Assembly (NCBI GenBank): GCA_000320545.1
Contig: ADNK01000505.1
Coordinates: 1-64,000, forward strand
Reading direction: 5' to 3'
Source of the DNA: Bigelowiella natans CCMP2755
Lineage: Eukaryota > Protista > Cercozoa
DNA: 64,000 nt
In this document: in pieces, positions 40,723-54,681 of the stretch
Numbering within the stretch: position 1 is the stretch's first letter
How the letters are laid out: each line of letters starts with the position of its first letter
The notes under the pieces: model-generated
What the model was told of the DNA's origin: nothing
Databases searched by the model: none
Seen by the model: only the letters and a program-made list of their open reading frames with translations
Position numbers and translations under genes: made by a program

Positions 40723-42390
40723 AAGAGCTACGTACGTTAATTAGTACGACAATAATGTTTATGTTTTTCTTCTGCTGGTAATCATGATCCACTACGGTTG
40801 GTGTTGATGTTGATGTTGATGTCTCTTCTACTACTACTACTACTACTACTACTATCATCATCATCATCATCATCTTTACCGTATGCATTGCTCAATATGA
40901 TCAACGTTCTTTATCTCCAAATATCCCACCAACACGCCATCAAGGCAAACAACCACGTACTCAGCTCCTAATCTGAAATAGGCTATCTATCAGCTAAGAT
41001 CATCATCATGATCATGATGATAACACCAAACCTGCTGGCCTTCTGTATAGGAAGCATTCCTGGTAAACAGGTAATAGCAGATAAGTTGGAGGAGGATGTG
41101 TGTGATAATTATAACATTTAATGAAATTGTTGTTGATACGATGATGATGGTGATGATGATGATGACAGTCTGGAGAACAATAATAATAATTCTAATAATA
41201 TGTGCAGTCAGGAAAAACTCATATTTCTTTGCTTGGAAATGAACTTCCTCCTCCTCCTCCTCCTCCTCCTCCTCCTCCTCCTCCTCTTCCCCCCCCCCCC
41301 CTCTCAAATATTCATCATCATCACCATATGTCGTTGTCATCATCCTAGAATAACGAACATCCAACAAATCATCATCATCATCATTCTTTTTCTAGTATTT
41401 TTATTATCAGCAATGCTGCTCGCTCTTGATCATAATTAATAATAATTATATTTTTTTTTTCAGGGATTTCTGCTGCTTCTTCTTCTTGTTCTGTCTGGTT
41501 ATTCTGTGGTGGTTTGGTCATCACCCTGATCTCTTAAATAACGTAGAAATGGTGCCTAAACAACGTATCATAAATATACACGTCATAGAAGGCAGCAGCA
41601 CTCTCCTTGTTCTTTCATGGCCTGGTCATCGTCGTCATCATCATCATCATCCTCATACATTCTACTACTTATTATTCTTATTACTACTACTACTAGTAGT
41701 AGTAGTACCTGATCAAATTCTGGGGTGTGTGTGACTATTTGACACATTGCTGCGAGATGATTTAACAACCCACATGGGGAACCATCAGGCGTGTGGACAG
41801 GGCAAAGGAATCCCCTTTGATTGTTTGCAAAGAGAGAGGAGAGGAGGTAACACAACACAACACAACACAACACACACACACACAAACAAGGAATAAACGA
41901 ATGAAATAATTGGAGAGGATTGGTTTGTATATTCTTCCCTAATGATGGTGGATTATGTTGATCAAGTCGTTTTTCCACAAAAACACGAAGTAGTAAGGAG
42001 AAGAACCATGATTCTGGCAGCAGTTTTCGAACAGCTGTCGTTTTCATCTCTGTGAAGAACTGTCCTCGATGTACACTCCTACAACATATTATACAATCAT
42101 GATGATAATGATAATGATGATGATGATGATGCAAAAGATATAGTAATGTAACATTATCATGCCATAATATGAATATATGGTATTATGCGTACTACTACTA
42201 CTTCTACCACTACTACTACACCTGAAGTGCGACAGATATCGGAAGTAGTTCAGCTTATCCCCGACTATGGTAAATCCAGTCGTTTGCATCAGATCTAAGC
42301 CGGTGTTTGACTGCAAGTTGCCTAAAACATATGCAGCAGCAACAACAACAACAACAACATACATGAAGTATTATAGCCTTCAAGTGTAGT

Positions 42391-42424
<34 letters not shown>

Positions 42425-42643
42425 CGAATAATAAAACAACCAACCAACCAACCAACCGGTGTTTGTGTTTATGTTTGTGTACAACAAACAACACAACAGT
42501 ACCTGTGCTAATAAGGTACTTGACCCTGTCACCAACCTAAGTTATTACATTACAATGATCATAGATAACAACAGACCACAAAATAAGATGTAAGAAGGCG
42601 GCGGAGAAAACGAGGACGACATATTATTATGCTCCTTTCCTTG

Positions 42644-42681
<38 letters not shown>

Positions 42682-43049
42682 CGATGGTGTATTATTTACT
42701 ATGTGTGGTAGTAGTAGTAGTAGTAGTAGTAGTAGTTGTTATCTGGGTATTATGGTATGGCAGAAGAAGAGAGAGAAAACAATTCATTAATATACAATTG
42801 ACATCACAAATTGATTGCGCTGCTGGCTGGTGGAAGATATGCTATTGTTTGTTTTCTCTGCACATATCTGGAAAAATGTGGACAATGTTGTCGTATTGTT
42901 ACTAGGTATTATTTAATTATTCGAGTGATTAGCTGCTACCCTATTAGCCTTAGCATTCACAAGTTTCTTGATGTATTCTTCGCGGTGTAAACTCTCAATT
43001 CTGTGTGCAGGTAGTAATAGTAATAGTAGTAGTAGTATAATTAATAACA

Positions 43050-43090
<41 letters not shown>

Positions 43091-44211
43091 TCTTACTTGC
43101 TATACTGATATCTATCCTATGTGTGCAATTCTTATCGAAAACAGGACAACGATGATAACTGCAATAATAACAACAATGGTGTGAGAGATTATTTATTCCG
43201 TGTTGGGAGTAGTAGTAGTAGTAGTAGTAGTAGTAGCAGCAGCAGTTTTAAGTTAGCCTCCTCACCGTTTCATACGCATATCACGTTCCAAATTGTCCTT
43301 CACACCGAAAATAAGGTCTTGAAGCTGTAAATGGCGGATATCATAATAAACAACAAGAGGAAGGAGAAGAAGAAGAAATTGGATAATCATATTTTTAATA
43401 ACAGTGATGATAGACAGATAGTAATACCTTTTCTCGCACAACCATAAGAACAAGATGACCAGGAAGGAGAACCTCGTGAGCGCTCAATGCATCAGCGTTT
43501 TCCGGTTTAATATCACCCTTAGCCAAGCTGTAAAGCTTCTTTATGATGAGCAGGAGAAGATGAAACTTTGACGTGTTTCTGTTCGAGTCTTTACTACTAA
43601 TATGGACAAAGAGCTGGTGGTCTGTAGTAGTAGCAGCAGCAGCATCAATCATCATCAGTAAATAGTAAATAGATGATGATGATGATGATGATGTGAAAAC
43701 CAACCGAGAAGGTGATGAGCGATTTGCTTATTTGTTGTTGATTGCGGAAGCTCTGAGAATATCGATCGAAACACCTACCAACAGTAAAAAAGAAGAAGAA
43801 GAAGCATTCCTCAAAAACAAGAAAGAAGACTAGAGAAGAACAGAGAGTAGTGCTATATATTGTTCATTACATCCCTCAATGTGATGATGATGATTGCTGA
43901 TGATGATGATGATGATTGCTGATGATGATGATGATGATGATGGTGTGTCGCTAATGCGGTGGCATCATCACCATCTTCATCATCATCATCATCATCATCA
44001 TTATCATTGTCATAAACATGCACTCATCACAGCCCCTATATCAATAGATGACTCCCCACAATCTTTTTGTTATGTAAAGAATAATACTACTACTAATAAT
44101 AATAATAATTTATTAGGGTTTATTCTTCTTCTTCCTCTTCTTCTTCTTCTTCTTCCTCTTACCGAGCCGAGATAAGAAAGCACATCGTCCCTAGTCTTGA
44201 ACCTTGCGGTG

Positions 44212-44254
<43 letters not shown>

Positions 44255-44367
44255 ATGAGGACATCAATACTATGCAGCACGCATACATGCAGCATCATAC
44301 ACGCAAGAAGTGGGGCGGTTACATTCAAGCAACCACCTATGCTGTCGTAGCATGCTTTCCACACCTA

Positions 44368-44401
<34 letters not shown>

Positions 44402-45051
44402 CGTAACGTAATATTAGTGAGAAACCATATCGTAGTAGTAGTAGTCGTAGTAGTAGTAGTAGTCGTAGTAGTAGTAGTAGTCGTAACGTAATATTAGTGA
44501 GAAACCATATCGTAGTCGTCAATATGACGATCATCGTCATCATTATCATCATCATCATCATTATCATCATCCTCTCTCCTCTTCTAACACCTACGTGATG
44601 ATATCCATTGATCATCTTGGCCTCCTGATGGTACTCCTCCTTCCTTTTCTCTATTACTACTACTACTACTACTCCCCTTTTCTCTTCCTGTTTTAGTTTT
44701 ATTTCCGACAATACCAAGATACACCTGATGGAGTTACATTCCAACCACAATGTTGTTTGTATTGTATTGTATTGTATTGTATGGAACAAATAGTATATAA
44801 CAACTGATAGGTTGCCTACCCTCCTATTATGGCCCTCCTCGTTGTTGTCCTCCCCCCCCCTTCAACTTCAAACTACTTCTCATGCTATACACTACCACAC
44901 TAATATGCATTTGCTGTAGCTGATCTTGCTTTTTTGTTTCAACAGCAGTAGCAGTAGCAGTAGTAGTAGCAGTAGGAGTACCTCTTTGGCCGTCGTCTCT
45001 CTCAGTGCAAATATCAGCATAGTAGCTGGGATGAAGAACTCCTGTATGATT

Positions 45052-45086
<35 letters not shown>

Positions 45087-46115
45087 AACAAAAGATAACA
45101 ACAAAAGAGATGGTGATGACGATGACCAACATGATGGGCAGTGAAAAGGAGGAAAATAGGAAGAAAAACAGTAAAAAGAACAACTACTGCAGCAGCTAGT
45201 AACTACTACAATCAGTCAGTAGCAGGTGATGATGACCACTTACTTGTCGCTTAATGATGAGACGTATCTTGCAAGATCCATTCTTCAGATAGTGAGCTGT
45301 GACTGTGTGTGATGTCTGGCCCTCTCTCTTTACACAACGCATCTGAATAACAACAATCAGAACATGATGATGATGATGGTGGTGATGGTGATGACGATGA
45401 TAGTAATATAATGAGATAGTACCTGTGTTGCGAAGTGTGAGAAATGAGGTCCACGATTTGTAAAGGAAGGCCGGATCAAACCAACGATGTGGTTTCTGTT
45501 ATCAACAAATCAATGTGTGTGTGTGTGTGTGTGTGTGCGTGTGTATTGTATAACACAGTACAGGAAGAAGATAACCTTAGGCTTCGACGCAAAAAATAAG
45601 AAATCTATTTATATGATAGCTCTGCTAATTAAGATTGGTCTTTAATCTGAAGATGTTCTGCTGTCGTCTGCTTGCATCGACTAGTATTAATCACATTGAT
45701 TTAGTAGTAGTAGCGTCATCATCTATTACCTTCGGGGCTGAATCAATAACCGCATAATCCTCTCTGCCCCATTCACAATGAAGTATCTTTGAACAACAAT
45801 CATAAAATAATAAGAATAATTATGATAATAATGATAAGGATCAAAATGAAGATGATCACTAGAGAAGAAGAGACCACAACAAGAAAGAGATGAGGAATGG
45901 AAGAAGAAGAAGAAGAAAGTATACAGCACAATCTTGATCATCATCACCATCATCATAATCTGATCATGTGTTGGATAGTACCCTCCCTGCTCTGTTGGCT
46001 CCTCGTGCACATAAGGCAGCATATCAGCTGAAAGTCCTTTCAGATGACATCGATTGGATCCAACCATAATCGGCATGTCGCCTAATTGGATTGTGTTGTG
46101 GTGGTGGTGGTTTAC

Positions 46116-46151
<36 letters not shown>

Positions 46152-47602
46152 TGTAAATACGACGTTAGAATGATGTCACAAGCGTGAGTATGTCTATGTT
46201 TTAAAAGGCATATCATCATCATCATCATCATCATCATCTGTTGTTGTTATTGTTGTTGTTGTTGTCTTTCTTTCTTTCTTTCTTGATGGGCACAACCTAA
46301 ACTGATTTGGAACTCATTCATCGCCCCTCCCGAGCCACACTGTAATAAATTCAATTCAATTCAATGATAGAGTTGTTCCACAGGAAAGAGGAGGAGTAGC
46401 AGTAGAAGGGAATAAGTAATATGTTACGCGACGACTAATTAACACGAAACAGCATCCTAATGCTGATCAGTATAAATGTATGTACACGAAACCACACTCT
46501 CAGAGCAATAGATACTCCATTTCGATTCTGTTGGCCGACATAGAAGAAAAGTGATAAATAATCATCACCTTGTACTCAATGATCGCTTTCATCGGTGCGG
46601 CATAGCTCATGAGCGACTGGCGACATCGAAACGGCATCATTTCGAGACCCTAAGAAGAAGGAAGATGGAGATGATGAATGAGGAGAAGAAAGGGGGCAGT
46701 AATGATAAGATGGAAGCCCTCATCCCTCCCTCCACTCTTTGTGTGTGTGTGTGTGTGTGGTAGGTAGCGGCTCTGCTCTACTTTGGCATCTAAAGGTTTT
46801 CCGACGGACCTGTGCGACAACACACAAACCAAATAGTAGCGAGAAAAAGAAGAGAATCAAGGAGAGAGACAAATAACAGCATGGGGCAGGTCCTCAATGA
46901 ACACTGCAGAAACATTGCATGTTGTGATGTGATGAATGACAACATACACGCTGCGGATGTTGAGATGGAGGCTGGGATGTACGCCTTTCTTAGCATCCAG
47001 GACCAATGGAGTTAGCTGTCAAAGGGGTTAGGTTCAACGAGAACAAGTTGTCTTAGTAGACAGCAGCAGCAGAACAACTTTGTTGCCAGCTTAGAAGAAG
47101 AAGAAGAAGAAGAAGAGAATATAGTAGCCATGGTATTAGAATGGAGAGGGGAAGGGGATATATTTGTACATTTTCTACTGTTTCCTGCAAAGCGTCGATG
47201 AAATAATCGAACGATCTCACATGAGGGGCGACAAGCTGTAAGTTATTATAAACGTATATATAAATCAAACAGATGACCAAGACGTATCAGTGCATCTTTT
47301 GATTAAAATTGTGGAGTAGGATCCCCATCCATTAAGATGATTTGCGGACACACACGAAACAGTAGTAAGTAAGTATTAAGATGCTTTGCAGACACACATT
47401 GAACAGTAGTTTGTAAGCAGTACAACAGGTGGATGGATGGATGCAGGCAACAACATGAATAATTAGGCCAGACACCAGCAAGCACTTCTTTGTTTACCTT
47501 TTGAAGCAACATGAATCGAAGAGCATTATCTTGATTGCCACGATCATCTGTACTTCTCCCGGGTGGTGACAATTCTTCTTTTTTCTCACCGGACCCATTC
47601 AT
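32819..47602 (-). CDS. RPA2: DNA-directed RNA polymerase I second-largest subunit, about 55 exons
   Basis: Complete in-phase GT-AG reconstruction with Pol I motifs: [171 protein letters not shown], Zn ribbon, [17 protein letters not shown]...*. Confidence 0.97.
44395..44516. repeat. Intronic duplication with 80-bp period embedded in (TAG)n
   Basis: TCGTAACGTAATATTAGTGAGAAACCATATCGTAGT at 44401 and 44481. A similar (CA)n-flanked duplication lies at about 40605-40650 and 40718-40767. Confidence 0.9.
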
Positions 47603-47719
47603 TGGAATATATTTATTTCAAACTCTGCTGGTGATTAAAAGAAGGAAGAGCACATTCTTAGTCTAGCATTCGCCTATTTCCCAAATCAACATCCTGCCAT
47701 AGATTCTTGTGGTGTGTGT

Positions 47720-47757
<38 letters not shown>

Positions 47758-48604
47758 TGAATAAAAATTAGACGTGATCATCTTGGCGGGGGGTGTGTGA
47801 GTTGTCTGTCGGTTCTATCCACTAGTTTTTATCAGCTCCCTAGCATCACTACCACTAGCTTTACTACGTGTGCTACTACTAGAAGACGGTGGGATGGATG
47901 GACGGATGGATGGATGGAGAGCACTTCGGATGATGGTAAGGGTGACCTCCACCTGACCCAACTCTAACCACTTACCCCCACTTCGTCTACCTAAACTTTT
48001 AGTCTTTTATCATTAGATGTTTTATCGTATAAATACTTTCCTAATATTTTGTACCTGTACCTCATTTTATTTGTAAACCAAACATTGTACCTACACTAAT
48101 TTAGATGTTTCCTCGATAATAACTAGACAGATGATCAATATGGATTTCAAAGCCAACTCATCTCGGCGATATTACACAAAGATTTCTCCGGGAAAAAAAA
48201 GAATTCGTGAGCGAGTCGCAGTGCGAAAAATGCTAATTCTGAAGTCGAAATTGGAAGCAATCAAGAGAAAAATATCGTTCCTTGTGGAAGTGGCGGACAA
48301 GTGACGGGTAGTAACGGTCTCCAATAATTTCCAAAGGCTCTCTACAAAATCTCTCATTTCTCGTCGCCAACTTCTCGGACTGGTCCGTACTCCCCCTCCC
48401 CGCCCTTTCCCTTGCATTAATACGCAATTGAACCTGAAAGTGACGTGGAATTTTTTGATGTTTGAATGTTCAAATATCATCCTGTTTTGGTGAAAAAATT
48501 GAGAATCACAGTATAGGGAATACATGAATGAAGGAAAATTATTAAGAAAATTATCAAACTTCTTCTAAATTTAGGGGAGCAGGACCCCCAAGAACCAATT
48601 GACA

Positions 48605-50629
48605 ATGGCGAAGAAGAAACATCAAAAAAAACAACAACAAGATGGTGGGGGATTAACACGAATTGTTATCGTAGACAAGGACCGATGTAAGCCTAAAAAG
48701 TGCCGCCAGGAATGTAAGCGCAATTGCCCTGTTGTGAAGACGGGGAACCTCTGCATTGAGGTGGAGCCTAAGTCCAAAATGGCGACTGTCTCTGAGGATC
48801 TTTGCGTTGGTTGTGGTATCTGCGTGCGGAAGTGTCCTTTTGAAGCACTTAAAATCGTTAACTTGCCAAAGAACCTCGAGAACGAGACGACTCATCGATA
48901 TGGGCCTAACGCTTTTAAGCTTCATAGACTTCCAACGCCGCGACCAGGACAGGTGCTCGGTTTGGTTGGTACGAATGGTATTGGAAAGTCGACAGCGCTA
49001 AAGATTCTTTCATCAAAAATGAAGCCGAACCTCGGACGTTTCCTTCAGCCTCCCGACTGGCAAGAGATTGTCAAGAACTACCGTGGGAGTGAGCTGCAAA
49101 ATTTCTTCACAAGGTTGCTTGAGGACGACATCAAAGCCATTGTCAAGCCACAGTACGTTGACCACATTCCCAGACGAATTAAAGGCACTGTGGGAGGTAT
49201 TCTGAAGAAACGTGACGATCGTGGTGTTGCCAAACGTTTGGCCAAGGAGTTGGATCTTATGCATATAGTAAAGCGCCCAATCGACAAGCTATCTGGAGGA
49301 GAACTCCAGCGGTTTGCTATTGGTGTAGTTGCGATCCAGAAGTACGACATTTATATGTTTGACGAGCCTTCCAGGTGACAAATGTGTACTACTACTACTA
49401 CTACTACTACTACTGCTACTACTAACAACAACAACTAGATCCTGATTCGTCTGATCTTCCTTCCTATTAGTTACCTTGATATCCGACAACGGCTGAATGC
49501 TGCTCTTGTGATTCGAGATGTTTGTAACAACACCAAGCGTTTCTGTATCGTCGTGGAACATGACCTCAGCGTTCTTGACTATCTCTCGGATTTCGTATGC
49601 TGCTTGTAAGTATCAAACACACCCACACGGAAGAAGGAAAAAAGAGAATCACAGCCTCTGCGTAAAACCTTCCTCCTTCCTTACTAACAATGATGATTCT
49701 GGTTATCCTTCCTTGCACAACAATAGGTATGGCAAGCCTGGTGCTTACGGCGTCGTGACGATGCCATTTAGTGTCAGGGAGGGAATTAACGTGTTCCTAG
49801 CTGGTTTTATTCCAACAGAGAATCTACGATTTCGCGACGACGAGCTCAATTTCAAGGTCTCAGAGGCTATTGATGATAGAGACGTAGGCAGTGAACATAA
49901 CGATTACAAGTACCCTAAGATGACAAAGACTTTAGGCGACTTCAAGCTACATGTGGAAGAGGGTGGTTTCTCTAAGTCAGAGATCATCGTTTTGCTGGGT
50001 CAAAATGGGTGTGGAAAGACGACTTTCATCCGCATGCTAGCAGGTCTTGTTCCACCCGATGACGACGCTAAGGAACTTCCTAAGCTGCACGTCAGCTATA
50101 AACCACAGAAGATAAGTCCAAAGTTTAAGGCATCTGTCCGAGTGTTGCTACACAAAAAGATTCCTGGATCTTACGTACATCCACAGTTCGTGTCAGACGT
50201 GATGCGGCCGTTGAACATGGACGACATCATGGATCGTCAAGTCAGAAACCTTTCCGGAGGCGAGCTGCAACGAGTTGCCCTGGCCCTTTCACTTGGTAAA
50301 CCGGCTGATATATACCTTCTCGATGAACCCTCCGCATATCTCGACTCCGAACAGCGTATCCTGGCTGCTAAGGTAATCAAACGGTACATTCTGCACTCAA
50401 AGAAAACAGCATTCATCGTGGAGCACGACTTCATCATGGCAACCTACCTGGCCGACAAAGTGGTGGTATATAGCGGTAAACCTGGTATTGAATGCACAGC
50501 CCACAAACCTGTATCACTTCTGGAGGGAATGAACGAGTTCCTCAAGTCTCTAGAGGTTGTAATAATTATATTAAGCAATATTCATTTATAAAATGTAAAT
50601 ATGTAGTACATGTAGGATTATCTAAATAG

Positions 50630-50665
<36 letters not shown>

Positions 50666-50930
50666 TATGTTACATCGCAATAGCCTTATGGATCACTAGT
50701 TTCCCCGCTCCTAACTAATATCCACGACTACTCTAATCCATCAGATTACCTTTCGACGAGACCCGACGAATCATAGGCCTCGCATCAATAAGAAGGGATC
50801 CGTCAAAGACTCGATGCAGAAGAAGTTGGGAGCATATTTCTATATGGATGATGATGATGATCCTGATGATAAAAACGTTCCTGCTGCTGCAGTACCCGAA
50901 CAGAAAAGCAAAAAGGGCGGCAAAAAATAA
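48605..50930 (+). CDS. ABCE1: ABCE1/RLI1 ribosome-recycling ATPase (4 exons)
   Basis: N-terminal Fe-S domain ([15 protein letters not shown]; [13 protein letters not shown]) and two ABC cassettes (GTNGIGKST / LSGGELQR; GQNGCGKTT / LSGGELQR / [10 protein letters not shown]). C-terminal [16 protein letters not shown]. Introns at about 49375-49470, 49606-49726 and 50556-50744. Confidence 0.98.
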
Positions 50931-51814
50931 TTTAGTACTCTACGAAAGCCGCTGTGCTGCTGCGCTCGCATAATCAAATAGCCTCTATCACACTGATGCA
51001 GAATGAGAGGCAGTTTTGGGGTTAGTCACCTGCCTGATTAAAACTATTCGCGATCGAATGCATCACTCTCTACCAATCCCTAGTCTAGCAATTTCAAACA
51101 AACTGGAGTTGTACTCAATTACATGTCCAATTACATGTCTAACAATAATATTCATTCCAATTCAGTTTATGATTTATGACAAATTGGTACTGAAAAACAC
51201 TACTTATATGTTTTCTCCCACAACTACACCTTCTTGACCTAGCTGATGAGGACTGGCGATTCGCTAGCTGCTCGATCTGCTGAGTTTATCATACAAGTCA
51301 TCACTGAGTTGAGATGCTGCCACGCATATGTGTGCGTGCTCATGCATCGCACAGCAATATACGCACGATCACACGGATACGTACACATTGAGCATTAAAT
51401 CCATTGAGCATTAAATCAGATGTTGTGTGTGCATGTGCAGCGTTGTAAGATCTATAGATCTAGAGATTACGATTAAGAACAAGAGCCATGCTAGCATGTT
51501 TTAATGACATTCTCATCGCTGGTATAACGGTAGTAAGTGCCGACGTGACACGATGCTACGACGCCTACGTACTTTGATGCTTGCACTTACAGAGCTATAG
51601 CTAGATAGCGCGGGCAAGCTATAGATAGAGATGAATTCGTAAGTGCTAGAGTGCTGATCCTGTGTACATACATGCTAGTATGGCTATTAGCTGTGCTAGC
51701 AGCGATCATGGAGCAATGTCTAGATGTGGTCGTGGCGGTATCATTATAGATCTGATAAGAAATGCTCAGTAGCAGCTAATAAAACCCTATCAGAACAAGT
51801 CATGCATTCTTCTT

Positions 51815-54634
51815 TCATAGTTTCAGCTTCCTCTCGGTCCTATCATTTACGTCCTCGTTGACAACGTGCCGTTGTACACTGACTAGACCCCTGGACCTTG
51901 TAGGTGTTTGGCCACCTTTTCCTCCTCCTCCTCCACTTCTTGCATCTGCCATGATCTCCTTCCGGACGACTCTGAGGACGGCGGCGTGTTGCTTCCGGAG
52001 CTTCTGTTCAAGTCCACTTACACTCTCTCGCATAGCAGCATGAAACTCCTGTTTGACTTTCTCAATGGCCTCATGATGATCATCCAAGGCAATCCCTGAA
52101 ATAATAAGAAGATAATGTGGTTTTGACCATTTTGGGATATATATCAGCAAGCAATGGGCGTTTAGTGTTGTGCATGTATCTATGAGAGAAGCCACTTGAC
52201 AGGTGATTGTTGCATGTATACGTCGTTAATGTGTGCTGTGTGAATCATGATCGGAATAATGGGGGGAGGGGAGGGAAATCACAAAGTACCATGACTGTTC
52301 CTGAATGATCATCCGTTGTTGTAGTAGTTATTCATGAATCAAAACATAACGTCAAGCAAGAAAATTGCTCGCATGTAATACCAACCAACATTAACCACAT
52401 GATCATCAACTGTAAAAATCAACGGTAGTAGGGCAGCAAGAGATGTCTTTCGATTTAGATGTTATGTTTTAAAAATGCATGAATGCTAAAGCTATCTTGT
52501 CTTTATGTTGTTGAGTTGATGGGGGTGGGTGCTGTTACCGTAAATAGGCATCATCGTCAATATTCCGCAATTCCTCTGATTCGTCGCTTTTATGATCATT
52601 GTCAACTCCAACAATGTTTGGCAAAGATGATGATGCCTGCAATCTCAGAAAAGATGTTGGTGATTGATTTCTTCTTCCAGTATTATTATTTACCATCTCT
52701 ACAGCGGTGTTGGGGTTCGCCGCCGCACTGGAAAAATGGTTGTTGTTGTTGTTGTTGCGGTGGCTATGGGGAGAACGACGAGCTTTGATCTTGTAATTTA
52801 TTGGTCTAGTGTTGCTGCTGGTGCTTATTCTACTACTATTACTACTACCACCGCCGCCGCCATTACAATTTAGTTTGGTAAGGCTTGTAGTAGTACTAGT
52901 CACCAGCATTGGGTTACTTTGATGAAATTGTGCATCCTCATCATTTCTTACATAGTATACTTCATTTTCAGCTATGTAACCCTTGCGCTGCTGCTGCTGC
53001 AGCATATTTTTTGCCTCCCCCTAATTTGTCGATGATAGCCAAATCAATAATATGGGATGGGTGTTGAAAGCATTTTTGTTGCTTGCCTATTGCCATATAT
53101 TAGACTAGGATATACAAATCATAGTTTTAATAAAACGCGTTATTACCTGTACTTCTCCTCGAATCATCTCCGTATCATCGTGGGCAATCACAGATAGACG
53201 TATGCTATTGTTGTTTTTCTTTGGAGTTAAAAAGGTTGCCGCCTTTTTTTGTGTGTGCTGCTGGTAGTACCCAGTAGGATGATACTCATCATTATCATCA
53301 TCATTATCATAATCTCTCATGTAGTATTTGGCGGCTGCTGCGCCTGATGATTTCTTAGGAGAATTAGCAGTTGAAGCAGTGCGCGACACTGCTTCTAACT
53401 CCAAATGCCTTTTGATTCCAAGGTAGCAAAAGGTTCCCACAATGAGCACGCAGACAACAGTCACAACAACTATACCATACCAAGGGAATGCTTCATCTCC
53501 CTTTTCTGATTCTTGTGTTGCCGTTGAAGGGGAAGAGCCGCCACTAGAATCCACTGAAGCAACTGTGGCAATAACACTTGGATTGCCATAGGTAGAAACA
53601 ACCGACGCTCCAATATATGCCGTTGGATTGTTCATCAAATTGTTTCGAATGGAGAGCGCATCTCCAGCAAGTTGCCGTACTCTAAATTCCAATATAACAC
53701 TACCACAGCTTGCCAGTAATGTCTACCAAAACATGTTAAATGGATAGTGAGACTTGTTCGTAATTATATGTTAAAAGGTGAATGTTACAATGAATGAGGA
53801 GCTATCTAGGAGTAGTTGCTAAAAGTATACAAAATGAGGTGTAGCTGAATCAATGAGGAGGTTGATAAGAGATTGCATTTCATCTCTCTTCCTTCCCTGT
53901 CGTGTATCAAAGGGATTTTCTGGATTATTACCAAAGAGTCTGAATCGAGAATATTTAAGGTGCGAACCAGATGCGTCTTGACCTCTAGGAGAATAGTTTC
54001 CCGTAATGAGCAATCTGCTAGTGCAAATGTTAGGGTTCCTTCCAGTATTTGACTTGAAGTTGGCACACTGGTACCTATTATTATTATCATTATTTTACGT
54101 GGTGGTAGCTTGCGTTAGTGCGCTTTTAGCACTACTACTACTACTACTACTACTACTACGTGTCTGCTGCTGCTGCTGCTGCTGCTCTGTGATGGACTAC
54201 GACATTATATGATGATGTATCGTAAATAGGTTGCACTAAATAATGATAATCAAATCAAGCTGTGGATCGTCGGGAAGTATCAATTGAAAAAGTATGTTTC
54301 CGGCAGCAACTCGTCGTCTATTGGACTCTGTACTTTGCCAATGATCATCATCATAGTAATATTCAAGTAGTAGTAGTACTTGTGTATTAGTACTGCTTAC
54401 TAGGAGCTGTAGAAGTTGGAGAACAAGTAGAGGGTAAGCTGCTTGGAGATTGTGAGACAGGTGTCATCGTATGTGGTGTCATCGTTGAAGGCATGTACGA
54501 TGTGGGAGAAATAGTTGGACATTGTGAAGGCGATTTACTTCCTGTGTAGATAGGAGCCGAACAACTGCAACTCAATTTCGGTTACAAAAGTCTACTACAT
54601 ATCAGATTCTAATTTAGCATAATATTAATTTTTT

Positions 54635-54681
<47 letters not shown>

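Noticed and set aside
42935-42955. Possible GC-AG intron in RPA2 after NAK
   Set aside because: An in-phase GT donor exists 9 nt further on (KANR|gtagca).
47945-48000. Telomere-like C-rich words (CTAACC, CCTAAA)
   Set aside because: Too degenerate and not tandemly periodic.
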